Source: Perkinsela sp. CCAP 1560/9
Lineage: Eukaryota; Protista; Euglenozoa: Kinetoplastea
Assembly: GCA_965644495.1 (NCBI GenBank)
Contig: CBFFSA010000051.1
Location: forward strand, 1-55,264
Direction of reading: 5' to 3'
Length of the DNA: 55,264 nt
Below are positions 11,721-21,837 of this stretch, piece by piece. Position 1 is the first letter of the stretch. Each line of letters begins with the position of its first letter. The position numbers and the translations under genes were made by a program. The notes below the pieces were generated by a model that was given only the letters and a program-made list of their open reading frames with translations, had not been told where the DNA came from and ran no database searches.

Positions 11721-11799
11721 ATGGCAGAATTCGAAACTCATTTGGTAAACTTGTTATGTAAACTTTACCCTTATTGGTGAAAGTGAAGTATAAAGAAGT

Positions 11800-12050
11800 A
11801 TAAAGATACAGTTTCTGTACCTTGTTGTTCATCCTTTCTTTCCCCGGCAACGGGCATATTCTTACTGTAATTATATGCTCGTTGCCGGCCGGCACTAAGA
11901 CCGGCATAAAGCACCTAAGAATATGAAACTTGTTGAAGGAAATGGAGGTGCAGCAAGAAACGCCACAGAAGGTACGACGCACTAGGGCCCATGGTGCGCG
12001 GCCGGGTGCATAGGAGCGCGAAGCAAATGATTAGTACAAAAAAGGCTAAA
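11800..12050 (+). mobile_element. SL-headed short element ('spliced' head form); 3' end uncertain
   Basis: SL 3' segment joined directly to TTCATCCTTTCTTTCCCCGGCAACGGGCAT, the same head as the 21180 copy. Stem CCGGCAACGGGCAT/ATGCTCGTTGCCGG. Confidence 0.7.
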
Positions 12051-12058
12051 TTTGCAGG

Positions 12059-13471
12059 ATGCAACATATGGCAATGACTACAGACTCAGGTTACATGACT
12101 CGCCGCCCGCAGATATTGGTCGATGGCGCCCAAATCCCCCACATTTGCGACCAAGGCAGCACATTCTTAGGAATGACACTCGCCCCGGGAGCCCAACAAG
12201 GGAACATTCTCTTCCAAAAGTTGCGGGCCCGCATACGCACGTGGTTACGAAATATATCTAACAGCGCCCACGAACTACCTGCCCGTTTATGGATCTACAA
12301 CAATGGTATTATCTCCCGTCTTCGATACTGCTTTGTTGTGCACGCGTGTCTTAGTTTTAATCACGTCCTGCGCCTTCAAAGGTATGCAACGAATGCGATT
12401 CGGAAATGGCTAAATCTCGCAAAAACGGCTACCAGCGAGCTCTTATACTCCCAACACGGTTGGAACCTCACCAGCCTATCCAAACTTTGGCTCCTCTGTG
12501 CAGCAGAAACGGCGAAACAGATGGAAAAATCCCGCGACCCCGCGGTTCTGCATGCATTGCGCGTCAGGATACGGAGGGAAGAAAACAAACGGTCATCTGG
12601 ACATGTACGCCCACCTTCCGAAATCTACAGCACAGATAGAAGTGAAGTACGAAGAATGATTGGCGAGGAATATGAGAGACACCTCTCCCAAGCAGTACAG
12701 CGCCGTACCTCTGTTGCCGGTCAATGGTTCCGCATAGCAACCGAAGAAGACTTAGCTAAGGACTTTGCCGCAGCACTTTGTGATTTGAAAAGCGAGAGCC
12801 TCTCGCGTTTCACAGCCTCCGTCCTGACACAAACTCCCTTGCCGACACGAGTAGCACTCCGCAAATGGGGAATGTCGAGTCACGTAAACGACGAATGTCC
12901 CATATGTGAAACAGAGCGGCAAAGCACCCGGCACGTTCTCTCTGGCTGCGCGAAATCCTTAGAGCAAGGGAGATACACCCTGCGACACAATATGATCTTA
13001 CTAGCCCTCGCAAACGCTGTAGCGACCTCTCCGTCGACGAATGCGTTCCATTTCGATCTTCCACAGTTTTCCACTGTCCCGACTTGGCTCACGGAATTAG
13101 ATACAGAGCTCAGACCGGACGGGTGGGTAAGGCTGCATAATGGTGAGGAATACATAATAGAGCTAACTTCTCCATGGGAGGAGAACTTTTCACACGCCCA
13201 CGACCGCAAAGTTGCGAAATACTCCAGGTTGTATCATACAAGGAAACTACAACACCCACGCACGTTTCTCTTGGTGTTCGAGGTGGGTGCCAGGGGGAAA
13301 CTTGCTAGCTCCATTCGACCGCTCAACTCTCTTTTTATGGGAGAAAAACATATTGTTTCTGAGTGTCGGAAGGAAATGACGAGAAGTGCCCTGCGTGGCA
13401 GCTTCATCATATTCCAAAAACGCGACTCAAAGACCTGGAACAATGAAACACAGTTTGCTGAGGTCGCCTAA
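12059..13471 (+). pseudogene. RT thumb, CCHC knuckle and RLE (PD-(D/E)xK) endonuclease of the HERO-like element
   Basis: TFLG, IRKWLNL, CPICETERQSTRHVLSGC, RHN, RPDGW, ELTSPWEE, VFEVGARG. Confidence 0.9.
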
Positions 13472-13605
13472 AGGTGAATGGATACCACACGTTCTGTGCG
13501 TGTGTTCTGGACATTTTATTTTCCTGTATCCATTCATAACCAATCTCTGCACTATAAGTGTATGACAAATAAATAAATAAATAAATAAAAAATAGGATGG
13601 AGAAG

Positions 13606-14019
13606 TCCGGGCATAGTTGGCAGACGGTGGGCCTTACAACCTGCAGGTTGGGGGTTCGATTCCCGCTATCGGCAAAACTCGCAACCTGACGGCCTCACTA
13701 CAAAGGGAAAGCGATCAGGAGTGCCTTCAATGCCCACACCCAACACCGCTCCCCTGGAGGACCGACCCGGAACCGCAGAGCTGAACCAGGCTCCAGCGTA
13801 GCCGCTAAATTGCGAGCTGCTTACGCAAAGGAGGCTTGAGACACAACGTACACAATGCAACGCGGTTGGACGCCCGTCCTGGTAGTTGGGTAGCCGTGCT
13901 CGGGCCGCAAGGCGTCGAGTGCCGTCTGGGAAGGGGGTAACAGGACAATGAAGGTCGGTGACCTGAGACTCTACCCCAACGGTTGGCGCTGCAGAGCCCT
14001 CCGTGTCTTCTTCTTCTTC
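13606..14019 (+). mobile_element. tRNA-derived SINE (copy 1)
   Basis: A-box GGGCATAGTTGG, B-box GGTTCGATTCC (13653-13663), (TTC)4 tail, TSD GGAGAAG (13599-13605 / 14020-14026). Confidence 0.8.
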
Positions 14020-14279
14020 GGAGAAGGTACTCGTGACGTTCCACGTAAAGTACTACGATCAATACGTGCTCAGTTTTTACACGGTCAATTCCTGCTTCAC
14101 TAGGAGTTCTTTGATGATTCTAAAAGCCTATAAAATTATAAAAACTGTTAAAACAAATATCAATGTCGAAAGGATACGCCAACAAGGACTAAATTGTGAT
14201 GCTTTTAAAAATGAGTTATCCCTGATTCGAAGAACTTGAAAATTTTTTTATCGAAATATTATTACCATCTTTCAATCTT

Positions 14280-14885
14280 ATGTCTTTACCTGTTCCTTTT
14301 CACTTCGCTCTCTTTTCTGCAAGAGACGCTCCTCGGACTCGCCCTTCCAAGGTGAGCAGCGCTATACAACCTCCAGCGTTTCTTCTGGAACGATTCCTCG
14401 CCCATCTTGGAAACGCGTCTGCCTCATGGAATACTCACACCCCGGTTTGTACGTGGGAAGGGGTGATATGTGATAAAACGGAACACGTACAAACAGTAGA
14501 ACTAGGGGCTCACAGTTTATCCGGATCTCCAGCATGGGGATTTCTACCAGAGTCATTATCTATCTTGAATCTTTCTCATAACAAGTTAAGCGGAACAGTA
14601 GACTTCGATAGTTTTCCTATGCAGTTAACAAAATTAGATTTGGGTCAAAATAGCTTCACAGGACATGTGACATTTTTAAGCTTGCCACAGACATTACGAT
14701 ATCTCGACCTTTCACACAATGAATTTACTGGGTGCGATGCTTTGACGACGATCCGTGTAGGCTTACGAGAAATGTACATTAACCACAATCTTCAACTTAT
14801 TGGTTTTGTTGATGTACCAAAACTTCCAAAAAGTTTGGTGCATCGTTCATGGCAACATACCCAAATTGAGGCGAAATGGATCTAG
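14280..14885 (+). CDS. Short leucine-rich repeat protein
   Basis: WNTHTPVCTWEGVIC cap; LSHNKLSG, LGQNSFTG repeats. Confidence 0.9.
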   Translation: MSLPVPFHFALFSARDAPRTRPSKVSSAIQPPAFLLERFLAHLGNASASWNTHTPVCTWEGVICDKTEHVQTVELGAHSLSGSPAWGFLPESLSILNLSHNKLSGTVDFDSFPMQLTKLDLGQNSFTGHVTFLSLPQTLRYLDLSHNEFTGCDALTTIRVGLREMYINHNLQLIGFVDVPKLPKSLVHRSWQHTQIEAKWI

Positions 14886-15213
14886 AATGCACATGAAGAA
14901 ATATTGTGATCAAAGTATATTTTTTCGACGATAAGTTTTGTATACATGGAAACTTTTTTCACCTATTCTTCTTATTTATCTCCTCAGTTTCCTGATAATT
15001 TGTGTCTATAGAATTGGTGAGTTGCTTATTTTAAAGATGAAACGCTAGAACAGCTCGTAGTCTCAGTCACTGCTGTATGGCATACAATAAATGTATGGCG
15101 TACAATAAATAATCAACGTTTTTGACAGTTATTTGTATCTTAGCTTACGACAAGAGCTGGAAAAATGTAAGGTCGATCCAATAGCGGAAATCTACTGCAT
15201 TCGATTGTACATT

Positions 15214-15876
15214 ATGAAGCTTTGTTTGGTGGAGATATTTTTAACTTTTGTTACCCGTGAACTCAGCTTAGTACCTATGTCCGACTGCGCCGCCACACAT
15301 TCTGGTCATAAAGTACGGAGCATAATGCTTCCTGTGGAAATTCAAATCTCTCTATTCTTTCGAAATGTTAGTAATCCAGATTCAACGTGGAAGGAAACAA
15401 ATCCGCTTCACGCGTGGAATGGCATGTCCCTGGATAGAGAGGATGGATCTTTCCACGAACTTAATGCAAATTATAGGCGTCTGAGGGGCACATTGAGCTG
15501 GGAAAACCTCCCGCGGGAGATTAAGCAGATTCAGTTACAAGGGAATCATTTTGAGGGGCACGTAGACTGTTCCTATCTTCCTTTGAACTCATCGTTAATC
15601 TATTTGAATCATAATCATTTTACAGGCTCTATAGATTTGACATCCCTTCCTGCTTTACTGGTATACTTTTGCCTTAATTCGAATTATTTCAGTGGGGAAC
15701 TCAATTTCAATCATCTGCCCTTAGGCTTGCAATGGCTGTGGCTTCATCGAAACCAATTCACAGGCATAGTACAGCTTGATAATATTCCGAAAACAATGAC
15801 AGAGATACTTCTCAAAGAAAATAAATTCATCGGTGTGTTAGATCTGCGTGTTCTTCCAAATTGTTTGACGTTCTAA
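15214..15876 (+). CDS. Short leucine-rich repeat protein
   Basis: LNHNHFTGSIDLTSLP repeats. First ATG at 15214 (track ORF from 15133). Confidence 0.88.
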   Translation: MKLCLVEIFLTFVTRELSLVPMSDCAATHSGHKVRSIMLPVEIQISLFFRNVSNPDSTWKETNPLHAWNGMSLDREDGSFHELNANYRRLRGTLSWENLPREIKQIQLQGNHFEGHVDCSYLPLNSSLIYLNHNHFTGSIDLTSLPALLVYFCLNSNYFSGELNFNHLPLGLQWLWLHRNQFTGIVQLDNIPKTMTEILLKENKFIGVLDLRVLPNCLTF

Positions 15877-16217
15877 TAATTCATTCAGCGAAATAATCGG
15901 CGAGCACAACAGTATGAAGACTTGAGCACTCCTTAAAGTGGTATTCGTACCACATACAGTACTCTCCTTACATACAGTATCACTGGTGTCGACTTAACGG
16001 CACTATACAAAGTGCCGTTAAGTAGGAGCACTCAAATTTTCAAAGATATTTACAAAAAATAATTTGAGGGAGCAAAAGTCCCTTTTGACCGAGTTTACCC
16101 GTAGTGAACCGTAGTGATTCACTACGGGTAAATTCCGGGGCATGTTAAGTCGTACCCCAGTTTAGGACTCTATCATTGAATGATTATGCTTCGCTAATTT
16201 CTTGTAAACTTAATCTA

Positions 16218-16775
16218 ATGGCCTCAGTTCCGATCTCTGATGAATCTATTCAAGCCCCTTCTTCCCCTTATTACCGTATTCGACCGCATACGTACCACAG
16301 TTTTAAGCCTTCTCGCCCAGTAGCAGTTAGCAGCAACTACAATGCGCATAGAGACTCCTGTCCTGCACAACGTCAGAATGAGCAGCCATCACTTTTGTGT
16401 GACATGCGTCGTCTTATTGCCGGCGAATATTATTACTGCGACACCGCGGAAAGGGAGGAAGGACGGACCCTTTCAGGTCCCTCGGAGGATACAATTTTGA
16501 TCCAAGTTGCAAGTGTGGATGTACGTCAAGGTAGGGTGCGTGTGCGTCCATGCTACAAAGTTCGGGCGACACCTCGCGGTGCTGAAAGCAAGTTCCACGA
16601 CTATACCAGATCAGAGTCTACCTCACCTGTAGTAGAAGTACACTCCGAGACATTTACGGTGCCTTCTTCTGCTCTACTGCGAACGCCTCGTCCATGTGTT
16701 CTAGACGCGTTACAAGTTCGAGACACTTTTGTTGATGCATATGGTTGCTTTGATAGCAAGTGGATGTCTATTTAG
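16218..16775 (+). CDS. Hypothetical protein
   Basis: 185-codon ATG ORF co-oriented with neighbours; no motif recognised. Confidence 0.55.
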   Translation: MASVPISDESIQAPSSPYYRIRPHTYHSFKPSRPVAVSSNYNAHRDSCPAQRQNEQPSLLCDMRRLIAGEYYYCDTAEREEGRTLSGPSEDTILIQVASVDVRQGRVRVRPCYKVRATPRGAESKFHDYTRSESTSPVVEVHSETFTVPSSALLRTPRPCVLDALQVRDTFVDAYGCFDSKWMSI

Positions 16776-16939
16776 TTATCAAAGAATGTATTGATTTTTT
16801 TTGTTCTTTTGAAGACAGTTGCAGTAGTGTATAGGATAACTGTATTTCACCCATAGCACTATTTGTGCACTGCATGTGAAATACGTACACCTACATTTTG
16901 AGCCTATTATTGGTCTTTTTTCACCATTACTCTCCAGCA

Positions 16940-17407
16940 ATGCCCCATGTACCCTGTACCCCCGCGGGTCTTACTTCTACCCCACGTCGTATACACCTCG
17001 CCTTTCCTTCCATTCTCCTATTCAGCCTCCTCGCCGTGTCCCACATCCGCACCTCCCAACCTTACAACGCCCCACAAACCACCCCCACCACCATCCCCGA
17101 TCTCGATCTCACTGACCCCTTCACCGGACCCGATCTCTTCTCCATCCACGCCCAATGTGCGGCATTCCTCCGACGTGATTTCGTCTCCCCCGAAAAAAAG
17201 ATCGCCTCGATGCAAGATTCTTCATCTTCTAAAAAATGTCCCTTTTCTTCTTCTTCTTCTTCTTCCCCGAAAAAAATCCTAAACCCACCCTCCTCAACCT
17301 TAACCCATGATCCCTCTTCACAAGAAGCCTCCTCTTTTTTCCACCACCCTACCACCACAACCCCCTCGGCCTCCTTCGTCCCCTCCCCTCTCCCTTTTCA
17401 ACAACAA

Positions 17408-17442
<35 letters not shown>

Positions 17443-19336
17443 AACCCTAACACAAAAGAGGAAACAAAAACTACAAAGACAACGACACCAACAAACGACT
17501 TCTTCCTCTTCTTCCCCCCCGCCCGGCCCCCTGCTGGTTCTCCCCGGGCTGCTGGGCTCCGTGCTGGAGGAGAAGCGGACCGCCGCGACGGGTCTCCCCT
17601 TCGAGTGCGCCCGCACCCTGGACTGGACCATCGCCTGGGTCAACGTGCGCTCCATGACCCTCTCGTACCGGTGCTGGTCCCGGACCATGCGGCTGGTGGT
17701 GAGGAGGGGGGAGGGGGAAGATAGGGAAAGAAATGAAAATAAAGGAAATGAAAATAAAGATAAGGAAAAGGAAAATAAAAGTTATGAAAATAAAGAAAAG
17801 GAAGATAAAGAAAAAGAAAGGAATAAAAGCAATGAAAATAAAAGTCATGAAAAGGAAAATAAAGGCAACGAAAATATAAGTCATGAAAAGGAAAACAAAG
17901 GTAACCCCCACACTTTTAGTTTTAGGGCTGAGTTTCCCCCGGGGGTTGAGGTTCGCCCTCATCAAGATACCGTCCATGCGGTGCGGTGTCTTGATCCCTC
18001 CAATGGGGCCTCCTGTGATGCGACAAAATATTTTCATGATTTTTTTGTGGCCATCACGGACCCGAAGGAGATGCAGCAGACCTTTGGGAGGGGTACGGTG
18101 CGGGTGTGGGAGAACCCGACGTGTTATGCGGTAGAGGCGACGGGGAGTCCGGTGGTTCCGGTACGGGTGAACTACACGGAGGCGTTGAATGTGACGGAGG
18201 GATTACAGAACGCGCAGGGAAGACCAGGGCTCAAGAAAAAAACAAACGGCACGGAGAGTAAGGAAAAGAAGGAAAGTAACCGGTATGGGGCGAAAACACG
18301 AACGCTGCCTCCGATTCCCGCGTATCAACTTCGTCCGTATACGGTGAAACATAATTTAGATGTGGTGCCGTATGATTTTCGTCTTGGGGTCGCGGATAAG
18401 TACAAGCATTTTGGTCCCGGGAACGCCTATGGGGGGTATTTTATCGAGGTCAAGCAGCGTGTGGAGCAAATGTACAGAGATAATGGAAACGCAAAGGTGA
18501 CGCTTTGTGGGCACAGTCTCGGAGGTACCCTGGCGGTTCTGTTTTTAAACACCTATGTGGATCAGAAATGGAAGGATACGTACATTGCTCGGCTGATCTC
18601 GGTCGCCGCCCCCTATGCGGGGACAATGAATGCGCTACAAGCGGCCGTGGTAGGGGAGAACGTAGGCTCCCCGCTTCCGTTGTGGACGCTACAACCGTTG
18701 ATCGCGACCTGGCCAGGTATGTACATGCTGTTTCCCATGTTACACAACGCCACAGCGCACATTTGGTCTCCCGATCGTGTACTGATGCGTATCGGAACCG
18801 AGACCGCACGAGCAAAAACATTACTTCAAAAATCTTCCGAAAAATCAAATTCAAAACCAGATACCAACTCCCAATCCTTAAAATCACCCCACAAAGGGTG
18901 CATTATGAATTTCTCCGACAAACCCACCCAGCCCCTCCGGGAGTACACCGTACGGGACCTCCCCCAGCTCGTGCGGGACATGCCCCACATGGAGGACATC
19001 TACGGTGACCTCCTCGAGAGCCTCCCCGCGAGTGCTAACTATTACTCCCCCCCGGGGGTCCCTGTGGATTGTATCTACAGCAACGGGGTACGCACCACGG
19101 ACCGTATTGAGATTGACAGCACGGCGGACAGTGACCGGTACAACCCGCGGCTGCACACGACCCAGGAGGGGGATGGCACTGTGACCTTTGGCAGCCTGCA
19201 GCTGTGTAGCCGCTGGGGGGGCGAACAGCGGCAGGAGGTCAAAACGTTCTTTTTCCCCGGGATTGACCATGTAGAGATCATGGCGGGTCACCCGGAGGTG
19301 TGGCGGTTGATTTATCAACGTGTGAATGGGGCGTAG
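16940..19336 (+). CDS. LCAT / group XV phospholipase A2-family acyltransferase with low-complexity insertions
   Basis: LLVLPGLLGSVLE, PYDFR, GHSLGG nucleophile, GDGTV, DHVEI; N-terminal hydrophobic segment; polyQ and E/N/K tracts. Confidence 0.9.
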
Positions 19337-19599
19337 GGGGTGGAAAAAGGAAGTGCGGTGTGTGAGACCCCCGGGGGAATACGGTGTAGTGGCGCTGTGT
19401 ATGAACTCTTCATACTATGAAGTGTGGAGTTGTGAATTCAAGGACTCCGCCCGTTGTTTTGTAGAATATGTGTAGGATAGGTGTGGTTCGTTGTCTGGAT
19501 TTTGTGCAGCTACTACAAAATTGTACTCAGGAGTTTCTTTGTTTGTCTTAAATCTATTATTGCTATTTAAAAAGGGCTTTTACTAAACACTCTTTTAAA

Positions 19600-20211
19600 A
19601 TGTGTGCTCCACTCTTTGCGATGATGGTTCACGGTAGTGATGCAGAACGTGCAAAAGTACGCCCCGGTCGTATTCGGGGTTCATTTCTTTCTCAGGAATT
19701 TCTAATGGCTCAACTTGTTGCGAAGTTTGAACTACTCGACGACGACTCGTGGAAAGAGGACGTTCCGGTATGTAAATGGTATGGAGTTGATTGTAATGAT
19801 GATGGCAAAATAATCGAGATAAATTGGGATCACGTTCTCTCGTACGGAGAGTTTGATTTCTCACTTTTACCCGCCACGTTGATTCGCCTAAGTCTTTCGA
19901 AAATGTTTGATGATGATCTTTTTACTGGGTGTCCCGACTTTACTCTTCTTCCAAACGACATGCATTATTTGGACATTTCCGGAAACGCGTTTTCTGGGAC
20001 ACCAGACTTCACACGATGTCCTGCTGGATTAACCTACGTGGATCTCTCAGATAATTGTTTTTCTGGTGAAATATCTCTAGGTCGTCTTCCCAGTACTATA
20101 AAAACAGTATCGCTTGCTTACAATGGCAGCCTTTCTGGACATGTGTCTCGTTTTTTAGCTGCCCGAATAATGAGCGTGAACATTGAAAGCACGAAGATAA
20201 CAATAATTTGA
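19600..20211 (+). CDS. Short leucine-rich repeat protein
   Basis: PVCKWYGVDC cap; LDISGNAFSGTPDF repeats. Confidence 0.9.
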   Translation: MCAPLFAMMVHGSDAERAKVRPGRIRGSFLSQEFLMAQLVAKFELLDDDSWKEDVPVCKWYGVDCNDDGKIIEINWDHVLSYGEFDFSLLPATLIRLSLSKMFDDDLFTGCPDFTLLPNDMHYLDISGNAFSGTPDFTRCPAGLTYVDLSDNCFSGEISLGRLPSTIKTVSLAYNGSLSGHVSRFLAARIMSVNIESTKITII

Positions 20212-20249
20212 TATTGCGATAAGAGGAAGAATGCTGATAGACGCATCTA

Positions 20250-21604
20250 AACGGGGGTGCGGATTATTATTGCATTTTGGATTATTATTGCATTTCGGTT
20301 TATTATTGCACTTTCGGATTATTATTGCATTTTACACATTATTATTGCACTTTCGGATTATTCTTGTATTTCGGATTATTATTGCATTTCACTTTTCGGA
20401 TGGATAATTTATTTAAAGAAGGGGCTATTCGGCATCGGGAACAAGCCTCTGATTTTGTATAAACGGTGGACACAGACGGAGAATGTGTATCACTGAAAGG
20501 GGACGAAGGTGCCGTAGATGAACTTGGAGTCGAAGAAGATATGAGCAATCTCGATACCTACTCTATCCGTGAAGGGTTGCTTCGTTAAGAAAGCAGCGAC
20601 CTAGAGAAAATGAGTGACCTTGAGGAAGGATCCATAGATCATTGTTTATTCATGCACTTAGAGTGCAGAGATTTGCCTCACATTGTCCTTACCCGCATAC
20701 GACGGGTGGATCACGTGAGGATTTGCCCTCGCTGGAGGAGAATGGGTGCAGAGAGCTGACGTCCCAGGTGCAGAGAACTCGGTTGTCATGTGCAGGTGCA
20801 GAGAGCCGGTTGCGTAATCTCCATATTACAGTTTCGGGGGCAATCCGGGTGCAGAGAGCTGTGACAGAGCCGAGGTGCGGAGAGCTGGGCGACCGTCAGG
20901 TGCGGAGAGCCGTAAACGCGGGCAGCGAGGGACACGTCTAGTGGTCCTCAAGGGAGGCCACCGTGACTCCTAGCCCTCTCGGAGAGGTAAGGGTCGCGAG
21001 GAAAGAAGCCGAGAGAGGGAAGCACTCACTCCAGGGGAGTGAATCGGGGAGGGGTGAAGGGATGAAGGAGCGTCCTCTGCTTCAGCGATAAAGAGGGACA
21101 GTTCCAGCCTTAGCGCCGGCCAGAAACGGGCATGAAAATACAGTAAGGGTATGCCCGTTGCCGGGGAAAGAAAGGATGAACTAAGGTTAAGTACCAACAA
21201 GGTACAGAAGCTGTATCTTTTTGATAGCGTGCATTATCCAGGAATCCCACTTAAACCTTGTATACCTCAGAATGAGATCGCCTCTGATAGTGCAAGCACA
21301 CCCGATGTCATTGGACATAAACGACGTCATGTCAAGGATAACTACCGTGCATGCAGGCCCAAATCAGAAAATAAAGATCGCGGATACCGTGTGGACGTGC
21401 CAGCAGAAGTAAATCGTTGCGTTTATTCTTCAAGAGGGGCATTTTTACTTTTGCTTTTTGCGGGGAGAACATGTGACAATGCAACAATAATGTGCTTGCG
21501 GATTATTATTGCATTTCGACCACTTGCGGATTATTATTGCACTGCAATAGCTTATTGCACTACAATAGGCCTATTGCAGTGCAACAATAATCCGCACCCC
21601 GGTT
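20250..21604. mobile_element. TA-flanked TIR element with subterminal GGATTATTATTGCA repeat arrays (host of the SL-headed SINE)
   Basis: TA|AACGGGGGTGCGGATTATTATTGCA ... TGCAACAATAATCCGCACCCCGGTT|TA. Confidence 0.8.
20645..21230 (-). mobile_element. SL-RNA-headed non-autonomous retroelement (SINE-like partner of the HERO-like LINE)
   Basis: Minus strand starts ACGCTATCAAAAAGATACAGCTTCTGTACCTTGTTG|GTACTTAACCTTAG|TTCATCC. Ends AATCTCTGCACTCTAAGTGCATGA-ATAAA, 22/24 identical to the LINE 3' end 13542-13565. Confidence 0.8.
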
Positions 21605-21837
21605 TACATTAAAAGTCACATTTCTGATAATCACGAAGAATGAGAATTGGGCGATCAACCTGCAACTAAAAAAATGGGAGTACAATTTCAAAAGTCAAAA
21701 AAGGTTCGATTAGCGTTAGCATAAAATGCCCAAAAAAAAATCAATAAACGAGCCCTCCTTCCTTATTTTTATGCTTCTCCTGGTGGATCAACTCGTTCTT
21801 TAATTTTGTGCTTTGCGGTTTACACTCTTACTTTTTC

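Larger units (their letters stand above)
7822..13594 (+). mobile_element. HERO-like non-LTR retrotransposon (RT + restriction-like endonuclease), decayed and interrupted
   Basis: RT: APGSD, WRPISL, QKGFLPG, FDIKNAFGSI, GVLQGDTLSPVLF. C-terminus: CPIC-x7-HVLSGC, GRYTLRHN, RPDG, IIELTSPWEE, RKVAKY. (TAAA)n tail 13567-13590. Candidate TSD AAAAATA (7818-7824 / 13588-13594). Confidence 0.9.

Noticed and set aside
7822-13594. SLACS/CZAR/CRE-type site-specific insertion into an SL RNA gene
   Set aside because: SL sequence occurs only at the 5' end, is not followed by GT, and is not duplicated after the tail. There is no SL array, and the endonuclease motifs look HERO-like.
13606-13674. Functional tRNA-Val(TAC) (likewise tRNA at 49700-49772)
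   Set aside because: Acceptor stem incomplete, no oligo-T terminator, and embedded in TSD-flanked units
20257-20400. CRISPR-like array (also 37741-38060)
   Set aside because: No unique spacers, no cas genes, eukaryotic context; these are subterminal or tandem transposon repeats
21100-21235. Functional SL RNA gene
   Set aside because: Solitary, inside a MITE, T->C change in the conserved core, no clear Sm site or T-tract terminator, and it ends in a LINE-like tail
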